Of a stretch of 64,000 nt of DNA, positions 26,023 to 36,582 are shown one piece after another. How positions within the stretch are numbered: position 1 is the stretch's first letter; each line of letters begins with the position of its first letter. Where the stretch lies: NCBI GenBank assembly GCA_964354375.1, contig CAYGZQ010000002.1:44866-108865 (forward strand), read 5' to 3'. The notes below the pieces were generated by a model, which made no database searches, was not told the DNA's origin, and saw nothing but the letters and a program-made list of their open reading frames with translations. This DNA comes from an uncultured Planctomycetota bacterium. Its GTDB lineage: Bacteria > JAJVIF01 > JAPKYR01. Made by a program: the position numbers and the translations under genes.

Positions 26023-28917
26023 ATGTTGGCTCGATACGTTCCAGTCTGCGCGGTGATCACGGCCATTCTGACCGCCGGACTCTCATGCTCAGGACAAAGC
26101 GGTGGACCCGGCCCGACAACACCCGATCTCGTCTCCGGGGCTGCAATCCGGCCTGTCCCGGGTTCGCGCCTGCTGCTGTCGGTCGGACGCATCTCCGTGG
26201 ATATTCCCTCAGGTCGGGCGGAGGTCATCCCGTTCCGCCGAGCGCCGTCACACCTGAATGTCGTGCAATGGCTGGAGAAGAACCCGTGCTCTGACTGTGT
26301 CAGGGTGGCAGACATATCTGTCCACTCGGACGGGACGGTCGATCTCGACATTGCACTCAGACACCCATTTTCTTCCCTCAATTTCACCTGCTTTGATGTC
26401 CGCGGAATATTGATGTTTGGCGGGAGCCTCACGTTTCCGACCGCGGGGTTGAACGCGCCCGACCGCGACCTGGGCGACGGAGAGCTTCTCAATGCCGATG
26501 GGTACACCACTCTCTACAATCCCCTGACCTCCGGCCACGGCATGGAGAGCTATCTCAAGGGAGAGCTTGCGTCCGACCCTCCTCCCTCCTGCATCCTGAA
26601 CGCCTTCAGACGTTTCACGAGCAAGGGCTCCGGAAACCTTCGCAATGCCTTCTACGCCGAGGACGAAGTCACTGTGAGATACACGATCAATCCTCCGGCG
26701 CCTTTTGTCTTCGCCTACGCCGTCGATGCGTGCTGGGCGCCGCCGACCACAAAGCCTGTCGAAGACCCCATGACCGACTTCCCTCCCGAGGCCAATTGCC
26801 CCGAGCCGTGGAGAATCCTGATCAGCGACCTTGGTCCGGGGCTCGACACGGAATACGGCCAGACCAGACTGCAGATCGATGTCTATGACCACCAGGACAG
26901 CGTCAATTCGCCTCCTCGCATTGAGGCCCCCTCGCTGTTCGAAGGCATCGTCACGGCGGACCTCAAGGGCGTATACCAGGGATCAAGACGGTATGAGGCC
27001 GTCATCCAGAACCAGAAAAATGCCTCCCCCGGACAGCACAAGTGTCTCGTTTGCGTGGAATCGGACGAGAACGATCCCGCCGCCAAGCCCTGGCTCAATC
27101 TCACGGCGTACCAGATCGCCTCAGTCACAGTGACGGGGACTCCGATCAATCCGGTCGACATAACTCCGGGAGGGCTTCATGTCGAGCCCGTGGAGGTGGC
27201 GGTTGAAGGCGACACAGCCTTCTTTGCCTGCGGCAATGATGGTTTGCATATCTTCGACATCTCCGATCCCTTGAATCCCGTATGGATAGCGAGGCTTGAA
27301 GGAGCAGTCGACTACGTGACAGTAAGCGGGGGGTATGCTTATTTGACGAGCGAGTTCGGTAGCTGGATGGGAATAGCCGCCATAGATCCGCCCGGCTCGG
27401 CACACTTTGTGTCTGGCATCGAGGCGGGCGGCAACTGCGTCGCGATATCCGGTGATTATGCGTATGTGGGCGGCTACGACGGCCCGTCTATCGTCGACAT
27501 AAGCTCCCCGGAGTCACCGAGCATTGTCAAACAGATCGGACTGCCGTATACAAGCGATGTGGCGGTATCAGGCGGGTACGCATACGCTACGACCAGCGAA
27601 TATGATCAGACTCTGGTCGTGATAGATGTAGACCCGCCCGGCGAGGCCTCGATTGTGAAGAAAGTGAAGCTTGACCATCCCGGCGGTTATGTCGAGGTGA
27701 GCGGCGATTGCGCGTATGTGACTATCGGGAGTAAATGGGGCTCGTCGGCTCTGGGCCTCTACATAGTGGACATAAACCCGCCTTCCGACGCACATGTCAT
27801 CAAGACCTGCGGGACCCTCGGGCAACCTTATTCCCTGATGCTCAGAGATGGGTACGCGTTTCTTTCCACGGAATACGCCGATATCGAGGTGATCGACATA
27901 GACCCGCTCGCGGACGCTCATACTGTTGCGCTTGCCGAGCTTCCTCAGCAGGCCCAAAGCATCGCCTTGCGTGACGACCTTGCCTATCTCGCGGCGGGGG
28001 AGGACGGCATCCTCGTCTGCGACATCGATCCGCTCGAGTCGATCCATGTCGTGTGGAACAGCCTGGTGCTGCACGAGTCTGTCACGATCGCGGTGTCGGA
28101 CGGACATGTCCTCCTCGGAACCCCACCTTATGGACTGCAGATTGTCGACATCGACCCGCCCTACAAGGCAAGGCTCGTCGGGGACATCGAGCTTCCCGAT
28201 GATCCCCGTGACATCGCTGTCTGCGACGGCTACGCGTATCTGGCCGATGGTGGCGGGGATCTGCAGGTTGTGGACATCGACCCACCCGACTCAGCGTGCG
28301 TAGTTGGCTTTCTCCCCGTAGAAGGTTCCGTTAACAGAGTCGCAGTATCCGGAAGTACTCTTTGCAGCCTCTCGTACGCGGGAGGGGCGAGTTCGCTGCG
28401 CGTTCTGCGACTAGGGCCATCAGGTTCCGTCTCGCCGGTCTCAGTAATAGCTCTTCCACAAGGCGCGGATTCGCTGGTGGTTGCCGGTGGTTACACCTAT
28501 TGCTCGGGTGGCTGGCCCTGCAGTCTTCAGATCATCGACATCGACCCACCCGAATCGGCGGCTATCGTGTCGACCCTGGATGTATATGCCCGCATTTGCG
28601 CTGTCTCAGGCGGTTACGCCTACCTCGCGGCAGATTCAGATGATGTCTTGGTTGTCGACGTGACTTCCCCCCAGTCGCCTGCACTCGCCGAGACTATTTC
28701 TCTCCCGGAATCATGCCGGGACATTCGAGTCTCCGGCGGCTATGCCTACGCGCTTGGAGATACGAATCTGTACGTGATCGATATCGATCCTCTCGATTCC
28801 GCATCGGTGATCGCCTCTTGCCCGGTGGCGGACTACTCAGCCGCAGGGTTGGAGATTTCCGGGAGATACGCCTACATCGGCGGCAGCGCGGGTCTGCAGA
28901 TCATCAGGCTCTGGTGA
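26023..28917 (+). CDS. Large surface lipoprotein, paralog C: conserved N-domain + LVIVD beta-propeller repeats
   Basis: Lipobox TAGLSC. N-domain motifs RHPFSS..CFDVRGI, NADGYTTLYNP, AYAVDACWAPP, DFPPEANCPEP. The C-terminal half has GYAY...IVDIDPPxSA repeats. Confidence 0.7.
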   Translation: MLARYVPVCAVITAILTAGLSCSGQSGGPGPTTPDLVSGAAIRPVPGSRLLLSVGRISVDIPSGRAEVIPFRRAPSHLNVVQWLEKNPCSDCVRVADISVHSDGTVDLDIALRHPFSSLNFTCFDVRGILMFGGSLTFPTAGLNAPDRDLGDGELLNADGYTTLYNPLTSGHGMESYLKGELASDPPPSCILNAFRRFTSKGSGNLRNAFYAEDEVTVRYTINPPAPFVFAYAVDACWAPPTTKPVEDPMTDFPPEANCPEPWRILISDLGPGLDTEYGQTRLQIDVYDHQDSVNSPPRIEAPSLFEGIVTADLKGVYQGSRRYEAVIQNQKNASPGQHKCLVCVESDENDPAAKPWLNLTAYQIASVTVTGTPINPVDITPGGLHVEPVEVAVEGDTAFFACGNDGLHIFDISDPLNPVWIARLEGAVDYVTVSGGYAYLTSEFGSWMGIAAIDPPGSAHFVSGIEAGGNCVAISGDYAYVGGYDGPSIVDISSPESPSIVKQIGLPYTSDVAVSGGYAYATTSEYDQTLVVIDVDPPGEASIVKKVKLDHPGGYVEVSGDCAYVTIGSKWGSSALGLYIVDINPPSDAHVIKTCGTLGQPYSLMLRDGYAFLSTEYADIEVIDIDPLADAHTVALAELPQQAQSIALRDDLAYLAAGEDGILVCDIDPLESIHVVWNSLVLHESVTIAVSDGHVLLGTPPYGLQIVDIDPPYKARLVGDIELPDDPRDIAVCDGYAYLADGGGDLQVVDIDPPDSACVVGFLPVEGSVNRVAVSGSTLCSLSYAGGASSLRVLRLGPSGSVSPVSVIALPQGADSLVVAGGYTYCSGGWPCSLQIIDIDPPESAAIVSTLDVYARICAVSGGYAYLAADSDDVLVVDVTSPQSPALAETISLPESCRDIRVSGGYAYALGDTNLYVIDIDPLDSASVIASCPVADYSAAGLEISGRYAYIGGSAGLQIIRLW

Positions 28918-28937
28918 TAGACTCGCGATTCGATCGG

Positions 28938-30245
28938 TCAGCCGGCGGTGGCGATGGTCATCCCGTCGAACATCACGGGCGGGATGAGAAGGGTCGTGTG
29001 CTTGAGCTCGCTGCCGATCTCCCTGAGCTGGATCTGCAGCATCCGGAAGATGTTCCCGGCCAGCATGGAGTCCTTGAATCGCCCGACGATTTTGCCGTTT
29101 TCGATCATGAACCCCAGCGATATGGAGACCGAGAAATCACCCGAGAACGGCGACGCCTGGTGCGCGCCCATGATCTGCTCGATAAGAACCCCCTTGTCAA
29201 CGTGGGAGATCATTTCGTCGAGGGTCCGCTTCCCGGGCATCAGGGTGAGAGTTGTGAAACCCGCGCGCGGGGTCGCCGCGAGACCGGCCCGCAGTCCGTT
29301 ACCCGTCGGCTCGACTCCCATTTTGCCTGCCGTGTGAAGATCGTGAATGAAGCCCTTCAGGACGCCGTTTTCAACGAGCGTTGTCCTCCGACCCGTCACG
29401 CCCTCGTCGTCGACCGGCTGCGTACCCGTCATGGACTCATGCAGACCGTCATCGATCAGACTGACCCGCTTGTCGAACACCTGCCGCCCCACTTTATCCC
29501 TGAGGGGGGACATGTCCTTCAGCACCATCCTCGCGTTCAGGGCGAGCTGGAGGGGTCCCAGGATTTCCATCGCCATGGGTCCGAGGATGCACGTGTACTC
29601 GCCCGCCTGGAGCCTTGAGATCCTTGCGGCCTCATTGAACCTGCGTATCGTCCAGTTCGCCCACTCGTCCGGTTGATTTTCGAACCTGGTCGAATCATCG
29701 TAATCCCAGATCGACAGAACGTCCCCTTCCCTGGTGATGGATCCTCCGAGGAAACCGGTGAAAACCGTCTTGGGGAAGTCGGCGCGCGCGCCGCAGGAGT
29801 TGGCGATAGCCACCCGGACAACCGACCGGCTGAGCTTCGCCTCATACATCGCTTCACTTTTTGCCGCCTTGGCCTTCGACACCATGCTGTTGCCGGCATC
29901 GACCAGCCTGTCGGCTCCGACATTCGCCGTGGGCTCATGGAACGCCGACACTTCCGCTGGGCGATACGACTCGGGGAATTCCCCTGCGAAATCTGTGCCG
30001 AGCGGAGCGAGCTCGCAGGCCGTGTCGACAATCGTGTCGGGGTCGTCGATCCTGTTGGTGGCGAAGAACCCGATCTTCCCGCCGATCAGCACCCTCAGAG
30101 CCACCCCGCTTGTCTCCTTGGCTTCGGCGAGCTTGAGCTTGTCGGACGCCCACTCGCAGGAGGTCGTCTCGCTGGTTGTATGGAAGACCTCGGCCGCTTC
30201 CGATTTCTTCCCTGCCTTCTCAAGAATCGCGTCTATCACTGTCAT
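28938..30245 (-). CDS. pmbA: Metalloprotease TldE/PmbA
   Basis: PmbA/TldD-family motifs. ATGA overlap with the upstream tldD. Confidence 0.8.
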   Translation of the reverse strand: MTVIDAILEKAGKKSEAAEVFHTTSETTSCEWASDKLKLAEAKETSGVALRVLIGGKIGFFATNRIDDPDTIVDTACELAPLGTDFAGEFPESYRPAEVSAFHEPTANVGADRLVDAGNSMVSKAKAAKSEAMYEAKLSRSVVRVAIANSCGARADFPKTVFTGFLGGSITREGDVLSIWDYDDSTRFENQPDEWANWTIRRFNEAARISRLQAGEYTCILGPMAMEILGPLQLALNARMVLKDMSPLRDKVGRQVFDKRVSLIDDGLHESMTGTQPVDDEGVTGRRTTLVENGVLKGFIHDLHTAGKMGVEPTGNGLRAGLAATPRAGFTTLTLMPGKRTLDEMISHVDKGVLIEQIMGAHQASPFSGDFSVSISLGFMIENGKIVGRFKDSMLAGNIFRMLQIQLREIGSELKHTTLLIPPVMFDGMTIATAG

Positions 30246-31639
30246 GATTCACCCCCGACCACGCAGTTCTGAATTCTGATGTGGGGACCGCCGGTGCCGA
30301 CAGGCAGGGGCATCTGGGCGCCTTTGCCGCATCCGCCGATCGATTCCCACTTCCGATCGTCGCAGATCATGTCGATGTTCTCGAGGGTTCTGAAGAGGTT
30401 TCCGGAGATGCTGACGTTCCGCAACCGTCGACCGACCTTCCCGTTCACGATCTCGAATCCCTCGCCGGCCCCGAACGTGAACTGCTCGAGCGATGTCTGT
30501 CCGCCGTGCGCTTTCACAGCGTAGATGCCGAACTTGATGTCCGAGAGCACCTCGTTGAACGTGTGAGTCCCGGGCTCGATCGAGGTGTTGGTCATGCGGA
30601 CGATAGGGGGGAAACGGTAGTTCACCGCGCGCGCGTTTCCGGTGGGCTTCTCGCCCATCGCTTTTGCCGTCTCGCGCGAGTGGAGCCGCCCGGTGAGAAT
30701 CCCGTCCTTCACAAGGTAGGTGAGTTGGGTCGGTGTTCCCTCGTCGTCGTATTTCATGGACCCGCCCTCGTTCGGCACGGTCGCACCGTCCGTGATATTG
30801 AGGTGCGGCAGGCCCATCTTGCGGCCCATGGTCAGGATTTTCTGCCAGTCGGGATTCTCGTGGACGAAGTCCGCCTCGCTGAGATGTCCGAATGCCTCAT
30901 GGATGAAGGTCCCGGTGAGCATCGGATCGACCACGACCGTGTAGGTCCCGGCTTTCACCTTCGGCGCCGCGGCGGTTTCGACCGCCCTCTTTGCGACACC
31001 CTCGGCGACACTCTGCTTGCCGAGAAGGACATCGTAATCCACGAGGCTGTTCGCGAAGTCCATCGAATCCTGCAGCATCCCGTCGGTATCGACGGCCATC
31101 GCGAACAGGACAAGCGTAACTCTCATCTTCTCCTGCTCGATGAAGCTCCCTGACTTGTTTGCGAAAATCCTGCGATAGTGGAAATGCACGTAACGGGACA
31201 TGGTGGATACAATCCCGGGACTGTGGAGCATGATGCCGTTGTACGTCTCCACGAGCTTGAGGGTGTCCGAGACAGGGACGGCGCGGGGATCCCGCGCGAT
31301 CTCGATGGACACCCTGTCGGTGCAAGGCTCCTGTTCGGAGAGGGCCGCGTCGGACGGCCCCAGAGCCCGCGCCATGGTGATCGCCTGACGCACCCGGTCG
31401 GGCAGGTTCTGGAGGGAGTTGAAGCTCGAAAATCCCCAGCTGCCGTCCACGAGCGCCCGCACGCAGCCTCCTTGGGAGACCCCCTTGTCCAATGTATCGA
31501 GCGAGTCCTTCTGGAAAGCGATCTGCGTCGTCTCGATTTCCTCCAGCCGGATTTCCACCTCGGATGCGTCCGCCCCGGCTTTCAGAGCCTCGTCGACCCG
31601 CTCCCGTACGTCGGGCAGGAGAGCGACTTCCTTGGTCAT
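30242..31639 (-). CDS. tldD: Metalloprotease TldD
   Basis: TldD-family conserved blocks (GGQTSLEQFTFGAGEGFEIVNGKV, GGCGKGAQ). Confidence 0.8.
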   Translation of the reverse strand: MTKEVALLPDVRERVDEALKAGADASEVEIRLEEIETTQIAFQKDSLDTLDKGVSQGGCVRALVDGSWGFSSFNSLQNLPDRVRQAITMARALGPSDAALSEQEPCTDRVSIEIARDPRAVPVSDTLKLVETYNGIMLHSPGIVSTMSRYVHFHYRRIFANKSGSFIEQEKMRVTLVLFAMAVDTDGMLQDSMDFANSLVDYDVLLGKQSVAEGVAKRAVETAAAPKVKAGTYTVVVDPMLTGTFIHEAFGHLSEADFVHENPDWQKILTMGRKMGLPHLNITDGATVPNEGGSMKYDDEGTPTQLTYLVKDGILTGRLHSRETAKAMGEKPTGNARAVNYRFPPIVRMTNTSIEPGTHTFNEVLSDIKFGIYAVKAHGGQTSLEQFTFGAGEGFEIVNGKVGRRLRNVSISGNLFRTLENIDMICDDRKWESIGGCGKGAQMPLPVGTGGPHIRIQNCVVGGES

Positions 31640-31782
31640 TCCGTCACCTCTTCTAACGCTGCCGTCTCAGGCTAGTCCCCACCCGGCCTTGTTAGTTGAA
31701 ATTGTCAACCATATTAGTGGAACCTGTCAACTTTTTCTGCAATAATACCCAGGGGCATCATGCGGAGAGGATTGGGTCTCAA

Positions 31783-32292
31783 GTGGCGAAAGATCGACGT
31801 ACACCGAAAAGAGGAAAGCTGAGGGAGCAGAGCAGAAGGCTCCGCGACGCCTTCATATGGCTTTTGAGAGGGTTCACACTGCAGGATCCCAGAAAGAACT
31901 ACCCCGGCTTCTATCTGTCCCCGCAGCAATCCTATGTGCTCGCCGTTATCCAGCGTTGGGACAACATCAGTCCGGGCGAGGTGGCGAAAGAGCTTCGTCT
32001 TGAGAAAAGCCATCTCACCAAGATCGTGAACTCCCTTATTCAGATGGGCGCAGTGGAAAAGCGGATCGATGACATGGATCGCAGGCGGCTCGTGCTTACT
32101 CTCACCGAGAAAGGCCGGCAGGTATTCAAGGAGCTTGACAAACTCGGTGTCGACTCGTACGTCGAGCTGATGGAACTGGTGCCGGAGAAAGAAAGGGAAG
32201 AGGTTGTCCGCGCAACGGAGGTACTTCTGGACGCCATGCAGGAGCTGAGAAAAAAGATGGGGATCGGCATCGGCCACTCGAAGAAAAGCTAG
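31783..32292 (+). CDS. MarR-family transcriptional regulator
   Basis: Winged-helix segment SPGEVAKELRLEKSHLTKIVNSLIQMGAVEKRIDDMDRRRLVLTLTEKGRQ. Start uncertain (track ORF begins at 31696; GTG at 31783 is proposed). Confidence 0.6.
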   Translation: MAKDRRTPKRGKLREQSRRLRDAFIWLLRGFTLQDPRKNYPGFYLSPQQSYVLAVIQRWDNISPGEVAKELRLEKSHLTKIVNSLIQMGAVEKRIDDMDRRRLVLTLTEKGRQVFKELDKLGVDSYVELMELVPEKEREEVVRATEVLLDAMQELRKKMGIGIGHSKKS

Positions 32293-32453
32293 AGGTGGCA
32301 GTGTCGGCAGACCCGCGGGAACCTGCTCGACACCTATCGGTGCGAGCACGACCATGTGCTCGCCGGTGGGGCTCCTGACAAGGGACACGCACTCATATCA
32401 GGGGCGATTTAGCCGCTGCGTTTGTGCTAACATGCACCGGAGGGATTCCTTCC

Positions 32454-33314
32454 ATGGCCGATGCACGCGTGCTTCTGGGCAGACCCGTTGCCAGAAACCT
32501 CAACGAGGCTACTCTCGAAAGAGCCAGGGAATTCGCTGCGAAGCGTAAGCGCCACCTTACGCTCGGCGTGCTTGCGTCCGCCGATCCCGCGGGGAAAAGC
32601 TACCTGAAGACAATACAGTCCACTGCCGAAGCGGTCGAGGTGAGAGTGCAGACGGTCGCGGTCAAAGCCGACTGGAAGGTAACCGAGGTCCACAGCGAGA
32701 TCAGACGTCTGAACGACGATAGGACAATAGACGGGATTCTGGTGCAGGAACCGCTTCCGGAAGGGATGAGTCTCGAGAAGGTGGGGAGGGCCGTGGATCC
32801 GGCCAAGGACGTAGACGGGATCACGCCGTATCAGTCGGGACTGCTCTTCAGGGGTGCGAGAACGGCATTGGTTCCACCGACCGCACGGGCTGTTCTCGAG
32901 ATTCTGGATTTTTACCGATATGGGCTTGAGGGTCTGGAGGTAGTGGTTCTGGGCCGGAGCCTGGTGGTCGGCAAGCCCGTGGGAGTCCTGGCGCTGTCGC
33001 GCAATGCGACGGTGACGTGGTGCCATTCACGCACCAAGGCATTGCCCGCGATATGTAAGCGGGCCGAGGTGTTGATTGTCGCTGTCGGCAAGGCCCGGTT
33101 CGTGGATCACAGATATGTCCGACCGGGCGCTACCGTCATCGATGTCGGGATCAACGTGGATGAGAAGGGAAAGCTCGCGGGGGATGTCGACGCCGAGAGC
33201 ATTTTATCGATGGCCACGGCCTACACGCCGGTCCCCGGCGGTATCGGACCCGTAACCACCGCCTGTCTCTTCGATAATCTTCTCAAAGCCGCGAGACTGC
33301 GGCAGACAGCCTGA
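32454..33314 (+). CDS. folD: Bifunctional methylenetetrahydrofolate dehydrogenase / methenyl-THF cyclohydrolase
   Basis: VVVLGRSLVVGKPV, PGGIGPVTTACL and other FolD blocks. Confidence 0.85.
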   Translation: MADARVLLGRPVARNLNEATLERAREFAAKRKRHLTLGVLASADPAGKSYLKTIQSTAEAVEVRVQTVAVKADWKVTEVHSEIRRLNDDRTIDGILVQEPLPEGMSLEKVGRAVDPAKDVDGITPYQSGLLFRGARTALVPPTARAVLEILDFYRYGLEGLEVVVLGRSLVVGKPVGVLALSRNATVTWCHSRTKALPAICKRAEVLIVAVGKARFVDHRYVRPGATVIDVGINVDEKGKLAGDVDAESILSMATAYTPVPGGIGPVTTACLFDNLLKAARLRQTA

Positions 33315-33418
33315 GCCTGACCCGTCTTCAATTGGCTGGTGCAGCACCCCTGACATGGTCGCTTGTGGAAAATGGCACCTTCTCAATGGTCCGAAAATGT
33401 TAGTATTACCGCGGTGTC

Positions 33419-34693
33419 ATGCTGGATCCCGAGATCGACATAGAATCCGATCCGCTCGAGCTCTCCGGCGAGAGAATCTGGACTGTGAGCCAGGTCACAT
33501 ACCGCCTCAAGAGTCTGATCGAGAGCGATCCCGCGTTCGTCGGTATCTCAGTGCGCGGAGAGGTCACCAACCTGTCGGCATCGAAGGCCGGACACGTGTA
33601 TTTCGGTCTGAAGGATGCTCAGAGTTATCTGAAGTGCGTGGCGTTCCGAGCCTCGGCAGCCAGGCTGAAGGTGCAGCCCGCCGAGGGAAGAGAAGTGGTG
33701 GCGACCGGACGGATAAATGTCTGGGCGGCCGGAGGCAGTTACCAGCTGATAGTCGATGAGCTGCAGGACGTGGGTCTCGGCGCGCTGTGGCTTCAATTCG
33801 AGGAGACGCGACGGCGGCTTGCGGAGGAAGGTCTGTTCGACGAAGACAAGAAGCGGCCGCTGCCCGAGTTTCCACGGTCGATCGGGATCGTTACGAGCCG
33901 TACCGGCGCAGCGATACGCGACATGATCAGGATTTTCCGAGAGCGGTCGCCATATATCTCCCTCATACTCTCGCCGTCGCTGGTGCAGGGGGAAAATGCT
34001 CCCCAGAGTCTTGTCGCGGCGCTCGATCTTCTCGAGATGTGGAACGATACGGAGCGCGCGTCGGGGCGAAGTGGCCTGGACCTCATCATTATCGGGCGCG
34101 GTGGGGGGAGTTTCGAGGACCTTGCCTGCTTCAATGATGAGACCCTGGTCCGAAGGGTCCGCGAGACAGAGGTGCCTGTGATAAGCGCGGTGGGGCACGA
34201 GGTCGATTTCACAATCGTGGATTTCGCCGCCGATGTCCGGGCTGCCACACCTACCCAGGCGGCACAGATCGCGGCGCCCGCGGCTGGTGAGCTTCTGCTC
34301 GAAGTGATCGGGAGGCTGTCGGAGTTAAGGCAGGCTGGGGAAATGAAGGTCGAGACATACCGGACCGGACTCGAGAACGCTCTCTCCAGGCCCGTATACA
34401 GGCGTCCGGTCGACCGCATCAACGGCCTCAGGCTGAATGTCGACGCTCTGGCCGGACGGTGCTCACGCGCGGCGTTGTCGGGACTGAAGGTCCTGAGGCA
34501 TCAGTTTATTTCGGTGGAGAGCCGTCTCGAAACGCTCGACCCCTCCGCTATCCTGGCGCGGGGATACTCGCTTGCCTTTCAGCGAGAGACCGGAAAGCTC
34601 ATTTCGCGCACTGCGCAAGTGAGCCCAAGCGACAAGGTCGATCTTCGCGTGTCGGACGGGATTATAAAGTTGAAGGTGGATGAGGAGAGATAG
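33419..34693 (+). CDS. xseA: Exodeoxyribonuclease VII large subunit
   Basis: OB-fold N-terminus and the conserved SAVGHEVDFTI... block. Confidence 0.85.
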   Translation: MLDPEIDIESDPLELSGERIWTVSQVTYRLKSLIESDPAFVGISVRGEVTNLSASKAGHVYFGLKDAQSYLKCVAFRASAARLKVQPAEGREVVATGRINVWAAGGSYQLIVDELQDVGLGALWLQFEETRRRLAEEGLFDEDKKRPLPEFPRSIGIVTSRTGAAIRDMIRIFRERSPYISLILSPSLVQGENAPQSLVAALDLLEMWNDTERASGRSGLDLIIIGRGGGSFEDLACFNDETLVRRVRETEVPVISAVGHEVDFTIVDFAADVRAATPTQAAQIAAPAAGELLLEVIGRLSELRQAGEMKVETYRTGLENALSRPVYRRPVDRINGLRLNVDALAGRCSRAALSGLKVLRHQFISVESRLETLDPSAILARGYSLAFQRETGKLISRTAQVSPSDKVDLRVSDGIIKLKVDEER

Positions 34694-34698
34694 AGGCC

Positions 34699-34968
34699 AT
34701 GAAGAAAAAGAAGAACACCGCTGAGATTCCCGAGGATATCGGAAAGATGTCCTTTGAAGAGGCTTTTTCGGCATTGAAAGCCGCCACAGACCGCCTCGAA
34801 GCGGAGGAGGTGGACCTGGAATCGACGCTGGTGGAGTACGCGAGGGCTTCCGCGCTTGCGCTTCACTGCGCGAACCTGCTTGACGATGCGGAGAAGCGGA
34901 TACGGGTTCTTATTGAGTCCGAGGGGGTTATCGAGCTGACCGATCTTGACACTGAAGAGGTCGAATAG
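34699..34968 (+). CDS. xseB: Exodeoxyribonuclease VII small subunit
   Basis: 89 aa, FEEAFSALKAATDRLEAEEVDLESTL. Immediately downstream of xseA. Confidence 0.8.
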   Translation: MKKKKNTAEIPEDIGKMSFEEAFSALKAATDRLEAEEVDLESTLVEYARASALALHCANLLDDAEKRIRVLIESEGVIELTDLDTEEVE

Positions 34969-34976
34969 GTCCAAAA

Positions 34977-35483
34977 ATGACTGATTTCTTCTCAGCGCTT
35001 TTTCATAATCAGCCGCTTGTCTCGGCGGTCATAGGATGGGCCCTTGCAGCGCTCATCAAGTTTCTTCTTGTCGCGATCCCTTCCCGGCGGTTCGACTGGG
35101 AGAGGCTTCTGGGCCCCGGCGGAATGCCGTCCACGCACACTACGCCTGTGGTCGCGTGCACGACCAGCATAGGGCTGGTGGCGGGTTTCAACAGCCCGGT
35201 TTTCGCGCTGGCGACGGTCATCACGTTTGTCGTGGCCTACGATGCCGCAGGAATCCGTCGCCATGCCGGCGAGCAGGCCAGGGCGATAACCAGTCTTATC
35301 AGAGATCTCACCAAGTTAGGTCCCTACAAGGACCAGACCATCGCCGACTTCTTCAAACGCTGGAACATCAAGGAACTTGAGACACTTCTCGGGCACAACC
35401 CCATAGAGGTCTTCATGGGTGTCATTCTCGGCATCGCGTCCGCGGTGGTGATTCACTACGAGTTCGGGCACCTGTTCCATTGA
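34977..35483 (+). CDS. Divergent PAP2-family membrane protein
   Basis: GGMPSTHT motif, polytopic, about 168 aa. Confidence 0.65.
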   Translation: MTDFFSALFHNQPLVSAVIGWALAALIKFLLVAIPSRRFDWERLLGPGGMPSTHTTPVVACTTSIGLVAGFNSPVFALATVITFVVAYDAAGIRRHAGEQARAITSLIRDLTKLGPYKDQTIADFFKRWNIKELETLLGHNPIEVFMGVILGIASAVVIHYEFGHLFH

Positions 35484-35580
35484 TGCTGCCGCAATTTCGG
35501 TAGCAGCTACTTTTCGAAGACGAAAAGGTAGCAGCTACCGAAATCAGTCTTCGAAAAGCAGCTGCTACCGAAATCCGCCT
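35484..35580. repeat. Palindromic repeat family GTAGCAGCTAC-CTTTTCGAAGACGAAAAG-GTAGCAGCTACC (three GTAGCAGCTACCGAAATC-like units)
   Basis: Seen directly. A second copy is at 40118-40165. Confidence 0.65.
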
Positions 35581-36419
35581 TGGTGTCATCGAAAAAAATC
35601 CGACTCGACCAGCTTCTCGTTGAACGTTGCCTGTTCCCGTCGCGGTCGCGCGCCCAGGCGGCGATAATGGCCGGAAGCGTTATCGTAGACGGACGTCGCG
35701 GGTCGAAAGCGGGCGACCGCGTGTCCCCCGACGTTGTAATCGAGCTATTGGAGCCGGACTACCCGTACGTCTCGCGCGGCGGAGTGAAACTCGAAGGCGC
35801 CCTCGACCTTTTCAAGATTGACCCCGCCGGATGGAACGCGCTCGACATCGGGGCATCCACCGGCGGCTTCACGGATTGCCTTCTGAAGCGGGGAGCGTCG
35901 CATGTCACGGCCCTGGACGTCGGGAATGGACTCATCGCGTGGTCGCTCAGAACCAACCCGTCGGTGACCGTAATAGAGAATTCCAATGCCCGGAATCTCA
36001 CGCCCGATCGGGTCCCCGGACCGTTCGACGGCACCGTCATCGATGTGAGTTTCATCTCGCTGAAACTGATCCTTCCGAACCTTCCCCTTCGCCTCAAGCC
36101 CTGCGGCGTCATTCTCGCCCTGATCAAACCCCAGTTCGAAGCGGGAAAGGGAAAAGCCCCGGGGGGAGTCGTTCGCGATCCCGAGGTATTGCGCGAAGTG
36201 CTGCAGTCGTTCGTATCGCCCGAGGTCTTCGATTTGCCGGATCGACTCTTGACGCCGGGATTGGTAGGTTTTGTTGAGAGCCCGATAACCGGGAGGGAAG
36301 GGAACAGGGAATTTTTCGGCTTCTGGAAAATGGGACAGGAGCAGCCGGATACTGCCGACATCGAACGCTTGATCGAATCACTGATTTCGCAAGTCGAAAA
36401 TGACGGGAATTCTTCATGA
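35580..36419 (+). CDS. tlyA: TlyA-family rRNA 2'-O-ribose methyltransferase (hemolysin A homolog)
   Basis: S4-like N-terminus, YVSRGGVKLEGAL, DIGASTGGFTDCLL, VIDVSFISL. Starts with TTG/GTG. Confidence 0.8.
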   Translation: MVSSKKIRLDQLLVERCLFPSRSRAQAAIMAGSVIVDGRRGSKAGDRVSPDVVIELLEPDYPYVSRGGVKLEGALDLFKIDPAGWNALDIGASTGGFTDCLLKRGASHVTALDVGNGLIAWSLRTNPSVTVIENSNARNLTPDRVPGPFDGTVIDVSFISLKLILPNLPLRLKPCGVILALIKPQFEAGKGKAPGGVVRDPEVLREVLQSFVSPEVFDLPDRLLTPGLVGFVESPITGREGNREFFGFWKMGQEQPDTADIERLIESLISQVENDGNSS

Positions 36420-36459
36420 GGTGAGACACCCATCCGCGCCCGCCGGAGCGGGCACGTAT

Positions 36460-36497
36460 GGGCGCCACCAGTATCGTGAACTCTCTGTGGCGCCCGT
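36460..36497. repeat. REP-like hairpin GGGCGCCACC...GTGGCGCCC
   Basis: Seen directly. Same GGCGCCAC stem motif as the terminal repeats of the RAYT element. Confidence 0.5.
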
Positions 36498-36582
36498 ACG
36501 TCCGCCACGAGCTTGTCGAGGGGCCGACGGACGGGTGTTTCCCTTATAGCTACCGTCACCCAAAAATGCTAAATTCATTTCC

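Noticed and set aside
28713-31153. Plus-strand ORFs 28713-29618, 29673-30272, 30281-31153
   Set aside because: Antisense to tldE/tldD.
32427-34422. Minus-strand ORFs opposite folD and xseA
   Set aside because: Shadow ORFs; the plus strand has strong FolD/XseA homology.
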